This document shows, one piece after another, positions 12,088 through 23,538 of a DNA stretch of 64,000 nucleotides (position 1 is its first letter; each line of letters opens with the position of its first letter). The position numbers were made by a program, and so were the translations under genes. The notes under the pieces were generated by a model. That model was not told the DNA's origin, did no database searches, and saw nothing but the letters and a program-made list of their open reading frames with translations. Source of the stretch: Cenococcum geophilum (taxonomy: Eukaryota); the NCBI GenBank assembly GCA_050273025.1, contig CP158635.1, positions 5,394,001-5,458,000 on the forward strand, written 5' to 3'.

Positions 12088-14225
12088 ATGCTAGTCTACT
12101 CGTACAAATCATTGAATCCTCAGATTGAGACTCGTCTGTTCACTATCGTAACCGGGGAGTACGAAGACGACATCATATGCAGCATCTCACATGTTCGTCT
12201 AGAGAGCCCTCCGGAGTGTGAGGCCCTTTCTTACGTATGCGCCAATTCGCTCTGTAACCAAAACGACGACGACGATGACAGCCTTGACCAAGAAAATCAA
12301 AGCTTAGACTTATATAAACGGAGAATTGAATGGATTTATTGAGACGCTTTGATTACGGGATATCATGAACCATCTCATCTACCAATACTTGTACCACGCC
12401 ACAGGCTGCCTCAGATCCCCTGGGCGCATCCTCTCCGATGGGGTTGAAGTTATTGGAGGTGAACTGTTCACCGCGCTGAGGCGATTACGTTGATGCAAGC
12501 GGACTTACAGCAAGGACGAACCGCTAACGCTTTGGGTGGATGCTCTATGCATCAGTTAAAATGACATGAGCGAGCGCAGAAAGTATGTTAAACGGATGGG
12601 ACAAATATATGCAAAGACAAGACAGGTCATAATATGGCTTGGTGAGGAGATTTCGAACGCGGAAAGGTCTGCTTTCGATGTTTTGGAAGCTATCAATCGG
12701 AAGTTTGCAGAAATGTGACAGACGGGTTGGGACGAGAAAACTGCGCGGGCAAGATTTATGGGAGATGAAAAGATTCTAAACCTGCCCTGAGATTTACCAA
12801 GTTTCTTCTTAAATCGAGCTTGGGTGAGCCCCTTTAGCAGCTATTCTTTCTTGGCTGAAATCTATCATCTAATCGATGAGCTTATATTGTTATGCACAGT
12901 CCAAAAGAGTCTGGGTGGTTCAGGAAGCTGCAAATGCAGCAAAGTCCGTGTTTCATCTTGGCATAATTTCCTGCAGCTAGGTGTATCTTGCCTCAATTAT
13001 AGAAATGCTTCGATCTTTAGACGCAGACCTGCTCCTTTGGGCGCATGGAGAATACACTGTCGGTTGAATAATCGAGTTGATCATTTGCGGGAAACTAACT
13101 CAGCGCGTGGTCCAAGAGACGGCCAAACAGGCCTTCAGTTGCTCGACATACCCCGAGAATCTTAAAACCTGAAATGTACACTTACAAGCGACAAGATCTA
13201 TGGGGTGCTTGATCTTTCTACAGACAAGGATACTTTTGAGGAGCGGACTACAATCTAGACCTGCAGAGGTCTTTACTACGGCCTACCTTACAACTCGGAG
13301 GAGTTGTGACCCACTATATTGTTGTGCCAAGAGCAATGAAAAGTCGGATGTAAGCTTACCCTCTTGAGTTCCTGACTGGAAACAACTATGCCATCACGAG
13401 CCATTGATCTTCAAGCACTATGGCTCTCACGCAGCAGGGGACTCGGAAGTTGACTTTAGGTTTAAGCAAGACAATGCTCATCACGTCGTTCGCGGAAAAC
13501 ATGTCGACACAATAAAAGTTGTAGAGACACTTCGGAGAAGCCAACGGAACGCCATTATAGACTAGCCTTTAGTCGTTCAAGGCCAAGTAGCCTTTGAAGG
13601 AAAAGAGTCTGAACCTGTCCGCATGACACCGGACATTGTGGGAAGCGGTCATGAGGCGTGGTAGAAGGCTAACGGTGAGAACGCCCGGCTGTAGATTTTG
13701 AATGTTTTGGATATTGCTTTTCCGGACAGGCATATCAGTGCCGAGAGTTTCGAGGCGCTGAGGTGTACCTTTATCTGCAATAGGACGAAACATCGAACTG
13801 TTCCAGGGCCAGAATATGGGGCACACTTCGCAGAATTCATCTGGAGGATGACGACGCGTGCGGAGGAGCACAGAGCTAGTTCGGACGATGCTAACAGCCA
13901 TCCGCATAGTACCTATGATATTAGCCAAGTGACTACAGAACTTGCTCTGGAGGAGCTGCAGGTCTAAGAGTATAATGGGTCATATGGGTTATGGTGCTAC
14001 AATCGCCAATTTTTCGGAACCGAAGCGGGAAGATTTGGTTGGGGCACGGATGTGATAAAATCAGGAGACGAAGTTTGTATCTTTTATGGCAGGGGTGTCC
14101 CTTTCGTTCTCAGGCCGGTCGGCTAAGGGTAATATGAGGTTGTTGGGGACGGGTATTTGCATGGTTTTATGGAAGGTGACGCTATGGTGGATGAGATTGA
14201 GGAACAAGAATTTGAGCTGGTATAA
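12088..14225 (+). pseudogene. HET-domain (HET-6-like) heterokaryon-incompatibility pseudogene
   Basis: EALSYV, LWVDALCIS*ND..ER...V..MGQIY......IWLG, RVWVVQE, DKIYGVL, LPS*VPDW and GDEVCIFYG..VPFVLR...GDGYLHGFMEG. In-frame stops at 12557, 13365, 14124 and 14130, plus frameshifts. Confidence 0.85.
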
Positions 14226-14747
14226 ACGTCTTGTTTGAATTCCTGTTTTATGGAAATAATATCGGCCTTCCCGGACTGATTACTTAATCTAAAAACATTA
14301 GATGCTATAAGCCTTCTTGCCTAAAATGAGAGTATGGACATAATCACTATCTATATTACTACACGTTAGATGGTGTTCATACCAATAGTTACTCACAGTA
14401 TCCGTTTTCGCAATAGCGTCACTCATAGCCCGTGTCATAAGAGCAACAGAATTTAGAAGCCATCATATCCTATCACGTGTCCGACTAAATTAGGCGGCAG
14501 ATTGAGTATTGAAGTGTTTCTGTCTCGATGCAATTAGCAAGAAGTCAGGTTAGGGACGAATCTTATCAGTTATGAGTGTACGATAATCTACTGTTACACC
14601 TACTAACCGGTCTGCCGTTGCAGGTACTATGAATATAATGCCGGGAAAGGTTCAAATGCCCTCTTTACCCATTACATACTACGTAAATAGACCCAGCTCA
14701 AGAACCTCAACGCCCCCTCCCAAAGCTCTAATATCCGGGTATAATGC

Positions 14748-15989
14748 TCAGAAAACATCGTCCATGTTGACGTCAGACCTTTCGCTTCCTGCAACTGCTG
14801 CTGCCGCTGCCGTGGCAATGGACTGTGCAGAACCTACGTTTCTTCCTGCAACTTCATCTTCAATAAAGACACCAAAGCCAGAAAATGCTTCACACAGTGC
14901 TCTAGCGCAGTAGTCGTTGACATCGTAACCGCCGGCGGTATGTCGTATATCAGTCCGTGCTTGACTAAGCCAGTCCCAGTCGTATTGGCCCTGCAGCACA
15001 AAGTATTCATTTTCTACTGACCATCCATCAAATGGATCATACGGTTTCTCTGGTGTGGGGGCAACGCGTTTCTTAAGACCTTTGAATATTATTCCACTAG
15101 ATGCATCGCCGTTCTCCGTTCCAGCTGCGAAGGGGTCATTATCCCGCTGTTTATCGATTGCTGCTCGCCGAGCCAGGCTCTTTTTCAGAACCACTCTTTG
15201 TCCTTCTCTTGCAATACTCGTAGCATCGCCATCCGTTGTGGCCAGTTTATTGATTATGCCCCTCCTCATATCTGCCTTTTCTCGCCGTTCCAACTCATCT
15301 TCTCGTCGCGCATCTTCTCTCCTTAGCCGAGTTAATTCTTGTTCTTCAGCAGCGCGGGCTTTACGGGACTGGGCTTCTTGAGCTGCTACGGATTCATTAC
15401 GAGAGATTTCTCTCCGGTTTTCTTCCGCGTAGGCGGAGATTGTCTTTTCTGTCTCTTCAACGTCTACCCCATTTATAAGGTTCCAAGTAAAATTTTCGAC
15501 CTTTTCGAGGTAATCATTATAGGCGAGTAATGAAACGAAATCATCCTCACGGCGGTTGAAACTATTAGAGTCAGTTTTCACCTAGGACCTAACAGGACTG
15601 TTTCTAAAACATGTGGCGTACGTTTTTGACATTCTCCGTCTTATATCCACCTCCCTCTCAACCTGAATATCCTCAAATGTCTGCTTCCTAAACTTTGGCT
15701 TTCGCAGTGTTCTTCGGCACCCAGCAATTGGGCATGGCGCAGGACCGTGTGAAAAGATCCGATCTACACATGATTCGCACATCTTATGGTAGCACTCAGG
15801 GTTTACGAGAAATCGCATGTTTGGGTTCAGGTACCGCGACGATTTGCAAACGGGGCAAATGTCTGAGGATTTGTCAGTAGATGTTGGAGTTTGTAGGTTG
15901 AGGCTGGAGAGATGGGCATGCAGCTCACCGCCATCCTCTGCGAGGCGCTTGGAAGGCGTTGCACCGCCGCGCTGCGCTGCCCGGGACAT
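14748..15989 (-). CDS. TFB3: TFIIH/CAK assembly factor Tfb3/MAT1 (RING finger); 3 exons
   Basis: CPVCKSSRYLNPNMRFLVNPECYHKMCESCVDRIFS RING, FEDIQVEREVDIRRR, YNDYLEKVE and AGGY...ALCEAFSG. Confidence 0.93.
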
Positions 15990-16112
15990 GTTTGCAGTGG
16001 AAGTAGGCAGTTGTAGGGCTTGAGGTTCAAGCAACTTGGGGTGTTTGATGTCAATCTTGAAGGGTGTACCAGAGCCGAAGTTTCGCCGTGTTATCGCTCA
16101 CAATCTTTCTCT

Positions 16113-16248
16113 GGGATTGTCTAAAGTGCAGAGCTTGGCAATGCACGCGCGGGCCAGCGCGGGCCAGCGTCGGTGCCGCCGAAACGCCGTTCCCCAGTGT
16201 TTACATATAAATTTACTATGTACGCGATAGGGAACACGTCCCCCTTAC
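16113..16248 (+). repeat. Left TIR of MULE
   Basis: Reverse complement of ~18782-18918; the outer ~80 bp match by eye. Confidence 0.9.
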
Positions 16249-18781
16249 TATCTCCCTATATATACAAAAATATAAGGTTTTTTAAATATATAAGAAGTTA
16301 AATGTATGTATATTTTATAGTGTTTTAGAGGTTCCCTGCGTTTACTTACTTATTTATTAATATAGGAAGACTAGTTTCCTTAATAAACTCCTTAATTTTC
16401 TAATGCTATACCTTACTAGAGGCTTAATTAAGCTTTAATAGCTACTAATCTATTAACTTCTCCCGTATTTAAGGTTCTAAAGCGGCAGCTTTCTCCTTAA
16501 TTTAATAGAAGCGATCCTTAATATTATTAAGGGCCTCCCTTATTATAAGCCTTATACGCTAAGGAGCAAAAGGATTATTATTAATATCCTTTATAATATA
16601 CTCTTTATTCTTACCTTAATAGGTTTTAAAGCTACAGTCCTCCTATATATACTTATATCGTTTAAAGTCTTTCTAGCGGAGGTAGCTAAATACCTTATTA
16701 TTGCTCTAGATATGGCGGTAGGGGAGTTAATAGGTTTAATAAAAGGTATAGGAGCAGCTAACCTTATCTAGGAGCTCTCTACTATTATTATTGTTATACT
16801 CCGTATCCTTCTTTTCTATAATTTTAAGCTTATTTATAATTAACAACTATACTAAATAAGAAAGGCTTTTTATCTAGGGGTGCTTAAGCACTATAGGGTG
16901 TCTTTTAGTTTAAAAGTTAAGCTTTATAGTATAGGCGCGTATATTATAGTCCTTTATAGTAACTATAACATACTTAGTACAGCTAGTAAGGGAGGTTTTA
17001 TAAAGCTCTCCCTTACTAAATAAGTATTTAAGGACTTTATGCTAAGACTCCACCGTATTTATTATTTTAATTTAAAGCAGTATTATTAAATATTTATGTT
17101 TATACTAGGCCTAGAGAGGTATCTTCTTAATTAATTCCTTTTAAATATATTTAAAGCCTTTTTTATAGTCTAGTATAGGTAGAGCTTTAATAGCTATACG
17201 TAAGGAGTCTATACAACCCCTTTTAGTTTGCTTATATTTAAGCGCCATAAGGCAGTATTACAGCGTTACCTTATATTGGTTGCCGCTAAACTTCCATTTA
17301 AGGGTTTTACTAAAGTGCCTTTAGTAGAGAAGGTGTTAAACTACTTTAGTTAATATAGGAGGGCCTAGAAAAGCCTCTTAAACAGCCTTTTATTTAGCGG
17401 TAGAATTGTTAGTAATAAAGTATCTAGGGTTCCACCCCCCTTAACCCCTATACCTATGCCTAATTAGCCTAAATTTCCTTAGAAATATAAGAAAAAAATA
17501 GGGAAAATAGGGGCTAAAATATTAGTAGAGGTATTAGGGGGGGGGAGTGACTAAGCCTTATATATATAACTTACTACCTAATTATCTTATTTAAATAGGC
17601 TAATATTATACTGGCGTTTTAGTAGCTTAATAGGAAATATATATAGGGCTGATATTTACTATAAGAGTTACGGACTATAAGGGTAAAGAGGAACTAATTA
17701 ACTAAATTAGTGTTATAAGTAGCATCTATTATTATAAGCTAAGCACTGTAGTAGGTAAGAGTTTTAAGCCGAAAGGTGTCTACCTATATAGTTACCTTGC
17801 TTATAACACTATCTAGGCAAAAATAGCTAATATTTAAATAATTATAGCCCTTTAATTAATTGGCAAAATTAGTATAAATTTTTTAAAGTTGCTTAGAGTT
17901 ACTGGAAATAGCCTATTTAGGAAAGTTATATAGCGACCTACCACCCTTAAGATACTCCGCTAGCTTTAACTATTACTTATTAGCCTTTAAACCCACTCTA
18001 AAATATATAGAATTAGAATTCTTTGCTTTCTACTCTATACTAGCGTTAATTATATCTTTTAACTAAAAGAAAGTACCCCTAGTAGCCTTAAATTTGGCGT
18101 GCGCTATAGGGTTATTATTTAACCTAATTGCGTCCTTAATATCCTTTAGTCTATATCTTTTCCGCATCTTATTACCGGCTAACTCCTTTAGCTTCTTATT
18201 ACGCTTAAATTTATTAGCCTTTTTTATTATTTTTATATATTTAATACAGTCCCTATAGGGGATAATTTTAATATAGTTAGGTATTGCGTAATTAGGTTAG
18301 TAGAGCTTAATAACATAAATTCTTTTACTATACTCCTTTATAATAATAATAGACCTATTCTAGATATTATTTCCTTTACTTTTAGCCTATAGGCGCTAGT
18401 ATTAATAGTAGTAAAGGTCCTTATGTAATAAAGTCTCTTTATTAAAGTCGCCTTTCTTTTAACGCAACTAGAAGTTTATAATATATAGCTAGCGATCCTT
18501 AAAGTCCTCCTATAACATTTTAATCTCCTTTTTTATTGCCTAAAGGGTCTAGCGCTATTTTTTAATATTAGGGGGGTTATAGAGGAGTAGGTGGGCGGCA
18601 GTTAAGGCAAAAAGGTTAGTAGAAAGATTAGTAGGAAGTTTCCTTGGCTTGCGTGTGTGGACGGGAGGTATATTAATTAAGCTAAAAACACTAAGATTTT
18701 AATTAGTATAGACGTTTAGCAGAGGACATTGGCTTTAAAAGTAATAGCGATGATGAGGTATGCATGGAGGCGGCGGAGGAT

Positions 18782-18918
18782 GGTAAGGAAGGCGTGTTCC
18801 CCGTCGCGTACATAGTAAATTTGTATGTAAACACCGGGGAACGGCGTTTCGGCGGCACCGACGCTGGCCCGCGCTGGCCCGCGCGTGCATTGCCAAGCTC
18901 TGCACTTTAGACAATCCC
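18782..18918 (-). repeat. Right TIR of MULE
   Basis: Reverse complement of ~16113-16248. Confidence 0.9.
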
Positions 18919-19013
18919 TCTTTCTCTCACTGGAACTTTCGACGTCCTTTGTCACCAGAACACGAAAGCCTCTCCAACTATATTTAGACGACATTCCGCT
19001 CGCCATAACTAAG

Positions 19014-21118
19014 ATGGAGAGCGCTACACGAGATCCGCTGGTTGATCTGGAGAGACACCGACTACGGCTAGAGGAGAATGTGGCAAAGCTGCGGAAATCG
19101 TTGCAGCACTGGCAGACGTGGGAGCTAGAGTACGAAGGGCTAAAGGAAGAAATCCAACGATTCAAGGGCCAGCCAACCACAGAAGATATAGTAATGGCCC
19201 TCGTTTTTGCCATTGGGCCAACAGTCTTGCTAACCTGAGCAGGTTAACATTGGTAAATACTTCGGAGGCGACCTAGTGAACGAAAAGGGTATGGAGTCTC
19301 AATTAAACCTCTCTGGTAGTGCGCTAAGGCTCTCCAGAGATCAAAGAGCTTCTTGGATTTGGCAAAGGTATCCAGCGAAATGCGTCACAAGTTATTGATT
19401 TGATTTCCAGACGACTGGATTGTGAGTGCCTCTAATGCGCTCGCTTTAGACATGACTAAGTTTTTATAGACGTTCAGCAAAACACACAAACCGTACAGAA
19501 GCAGCTTGATGCCGCTGAAAAGAAGTTGCGAGCTGCGCTGACCCTACTGGAGCCGGATCTTGACGACGAAGAAGGACTCCCTTTGACTGACATACAAGAG
19601 GAACTGGACGAGGAAGGCAACGTTATTTGTAAGATTTCAGTATTTACCTATTTGGTACCCAGTCGCTAATAATCTTATCTAGCAAGTACCCTGTCACATC
19701 CAAGTAAAAGCGCACCTGGCATCATAAACACGTTACGGAAAACAGGTGTAGCCGAGTTTGAAGAAACACAAGCTACAGACAGGAAGCCCTCGCGCCAACC
19801 AGGATTACAAGAAGCTAAGGGTATCATCTCAGTCACCGAAAGTAACAAAACAGTAAAGCTAGACGGTAAACACTCAGCTCATCTGAAGGCGTCTTCTAGT
19901 TCATCATCCTCCACGAAGACTAGATCGTTACTATTTCCACAGGAAACGGAAGCCCTCTCTTCGGGAACTGAACAGGGCGCTGCGAAATCTACTAAACCGG
20001 ATGGATTAGCGTCTAGTGGTTTTAACAACGACCTAGCGGCCTTTACCTTCAATCGTGGCAACAGAGTTATTGAAATAGACAAGAATGACAATGAAGTTGC
20101 CTCGTACCCTGTAATACCTGCCGATGAGTCACCAGAAGATGCTGCTCTCCGTAGAGAGATGCTGCAGTATGGGCTTTCCGAGGTTGGTTCTGTGGTAGCC
20201 GAGATTGACCTTGATGCCGGCGGCGAATTCTCGGGTTCCGATGAAGATTATGAGAGTGAATATGTTGCGACTGATGATGAAGAGGAGGATGAATATGGCC
20301 GCATCACCCGTAGAGTTCTCACCGATGATTACAAAAATGAAATGCTTGAACTTGAGAAGAGGCTGAACGCCCGCATGTTGGAGAACCTTGGACCACGACC
20401 TGAGAGCAATCCTCTTACCGAATACGCTGAAGATGTTCGCAGGCTTGTAGTTCAAAAACAGCCGGCCGGACTTGATAATAAAAGTGTCCCAAAGCTGGAT
20501 GACAAGAAGACTGTCAGATTTGCCGAAGAACTCGACATATCGCCGGCCCCCACTGCCCACAACACAAATACTCAACACACCAAAGTTACGCCAGTGCCAA
20601 CCCCGCCATTAAATGAAGTAATCGTGGAACGGAGTGCTCCCTCTGATGAATATCATAGTGCACCCTCAGTGCAATCGAAGACTACCAGAGTTTCTCGCTT
20701 TAAGAGTTCCCGTGAAGCTCCAGCTTCAAGCCGAGCCACACACTCAAGCCCTGCTGCTGGAACTACCCATGAACTGCGTTCGGCTTTTTCTGATCCTAAT
20801 CACCATGGTCGAGGCAGTAAAGTGCCTCGATATACTCCCGAGGGCCCTCCCGGAAAGACTTTGGCCTCAAGTATTGTTGAGCGGCCAGTCACTGAAGACC
20901 GTGTTTCTCCACCGGATGATACTGGTCTGGATCCCATGATATTCAACCAAGAGGTCGCAGTAGAATACCACAGGATACGGAATCGTTTAATCCAGAAACA
21001 AGGCGGCTTCATGCCATCGGAAGCAGAGTCTGAAGAACCTCTTGTGGAGGAAATAAATGGTAAGACTAAAAAGGTTAGTAGGTTCAGAGCGGCAAGACTG
21101 AAGCATTTGGACTCATAG
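19014..21118 (+). CDS. Prefoldin-like / DUF3835 protein (URI/Bud27-like), multi-exon
   Basis: N-terminal coiled coil LEENVAKLRKSLQHWQTWELEYEGLKEEI, ISRRLDYVQQN, EEGLPLTDIQEELDEEGNV, an acidic tract, and C-terminal EVAVEYHRIRNRLIQKQGGF...KKVSRFRAARL. Confidence 0.8.
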
Positions 21119-21559
21119 AACTGCCATTTTGCGCAGTTACCAACCAATCCAAAGTCCCTCATTTAACCTTTTCAGAGGATTGGAAATTGTTGCGATATTT
21201 TACATTCGATGACACCCTGCAATGTTGGAACGGTCTTATGCCCATGAGAAGTATCTATTCATATACTATTCTCACATTAGACCAGTTCCTAGATTGATAC
21301 TTGGGCCCTCTGACGCGGCGACTTGGCAATCTGTGTTTGTCGCGATTCGTTTCACCCTTAACATATCTCTCCCAACACCTTTGCTATACAGGTGAAGATT
21401 ATCATCGGTATGGTCACCAACTTTCCACAATCTGCGGGCTCCTTCCAATTTTCATTTTAGGAGTTGGAATACTCTGGGTTCGAAAATTCAACCGAGATTA
21501 ACATACATTCTTTAAGCTACCTGTCGTTTCCTAGGCTTTCATCCTAGTCAGTTCCGCAC

Positions 21560-22935
21560 AAGCTTGAGTGTAATGCATGCTCATACGCAGGCCCCCTAGA
21601 TATTTAGATTTAATAATATCCTTCAAAGTTCCTCTCAGTAAGCCTTTAACTTCCCAAAGTCTTCAATCCGAAAAAAAATCATCTTGAAGTTTGTAAAGAA
21701 GACTATTTGTCCGGCTTTCACAAGCGGAAAAGGTCTTATTGAACGCTGAGCGCTCAAATCCCTTATGAAAACAGCGTTCGCCGTTTGATTCAAGTTATTT
21801 GATTAATTTCAATTTTCTCAAGAGAGTACCAGGCAGTACCAAGAGATCACAATAAGCCAGCATTTCAGATCTTCGCAATACCCAAGTTGTGATTGGGTCT
21901 AAGAATGAGTGTCGAATATCCTAGCTATCCCCTTTTTTTTGGTTCACGATGCGTTTCGTCTTATAGTTAATAATCGGTAGGTCTGCTTCCCTCCTATCCC
22001 TACATCATCTCCGCAAGTATGGAAGCGAAACCATCTTAAACACTCCCAGCAATCTCAACTCGATTAATGCCACGAATTGCGGCCAACAGTTTAAGACAGA
22101 ATTGCAATTGGATGATATCTGGAAAAGTCTTCTCGAAAGGCTTAAACTCTTGGGCCCACAATATCCGATACCCGCAAGTCCTAATCTGGTTAGTGATAAA
22201 CAAGCTATCTTCAAATTAGATCCGCAGGTTGCGGAGGTAGTACCAGAACCCAACCGTGCTACTATCTCTTTGAGCTTCGCTTGCACATGCCCGTAGTTCG
22301 CACTTTGTAATAGGCTTGACGAGCTTAGAGACACCTTAGACGTGTTGATGCGAATTCCGTGAGTGAATGGTGTAAGGCCTGAACGGGTTATCTGGAACAC
22401 AAAGCGTAAGGGTGCGTTTGGTTGCATCTCCAGATTGAATATGGAGGCTTCAGAACTGAGTTGATCTGGAGTTTTAATCTGATCTGGAGGTGTCTGTTCG
22501 GTCAATCTAGCGACTTTCTAATCTGGAGCTCCTCTAGATCGGCATCCGCGTTAAATTCGCACCCTTTACCGTATATAGTAGTTGAATTGAGGCTCTTGGC
22601 GTCAGATTAATCTGGAGCTCTACTCGTGCACTCGTCCAATTGCCTACTATGACTCTACCGCCCTTACCGAGGTCGCTAATTTTGAGCCTCATCTGAGGTC
22701 TTTTAGAACGATCAACCGAACAGTCGGCTTTATTTCAGATTGAGCACGACTACCAGATTAAGTGCCACTAATTATCTTCTAATTGACGCCGGTGAAACCA
22801 CGGATCAACGCCAAATTGAAAAAGCTCCGGATTGCAGTCGAACACGCCTTAAAGCACGTTGGCTACCTTATCGTAGAGCTACTTGTTGATAAGGGGGGAG
22901 AGATAGAGAAGGAAATAGAAGGATCATAGGCATTC
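21560..22935 (-). pseudogene. Possible decayed gene of unknown family
   Basis: Coding-like composition, a 166-aa residual ORF (22005-22505), an intron-like CTAACCAG and scattered stops. No recognisable domain. Confidence 0.25.
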
Positions 22936-23538
22936 AAAGGCTTGCATTTAGAGGGCCCAAATGCTGTTCTGCACATGATACGATGTGGTATTGTTATAGA
23001 GGAGCCGGAGTGCTTGGAGACGAAGTTCAGTTGAAAGTGACAGAAAATAGGAGAATATTGCAGAGATATAATTAATTTTGGTTAAATGCATGCGGCCTCA
23101 CTGGCATTGTTGACGTTCCTAATACTGAAGAGGATGGCGGGGTGGTGGGGTCGATGCAGGATTGGCACTCGTTCGGCTTGCCAAATTGGGTTAAGCGGAA
23201 GATTTCAACGTTGGAATTACGACCTTTCAAGGGTTCATGTTGCATGATTATCTAGCCTGGAGCTAGTAAGCAGAAGATATAATTTAGGGCTCCCTTAGTC
23301 AAGTGGGCTTAACAAGCAGCCTTAGAAGGCTGGGTGACATTAGTGAAATACAGAGTTTTAACAAGCGAGCAGTGAAAATAGGTAAGCGGCAATATTTCGA
23401 CGAACCTGAACTTTTGAAACTCCGAAGTCTTCACCTCCCACTCTCTCCTATCCCTGTATTTCTTAACGCCTACAGTTGCTGTCGATCCCTAAACTACGAA
23501 ATATTGACCGGTTGCCCTGCAGAGCGTAAGACGCCGGC

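Larger units (their letters stand above)
16113..18918 (-). mobile_element. Mutator/MULE DNA transposon, RIP-inactivated
   Basis: ~135-bp TIRs starting GGGATTGTCTAAAGTGCAGAGC. The 9-bp TSD TCTTTCTCT lies at 16104-16112 and 18919-18927. Minus-strand relic motifs are DATYNTN (17706-17726; MULE D-x-T-H-x-T-N) and NTVES*HKVLK. The interior is TpA-rich and full of stops. Confidence 0.9.
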
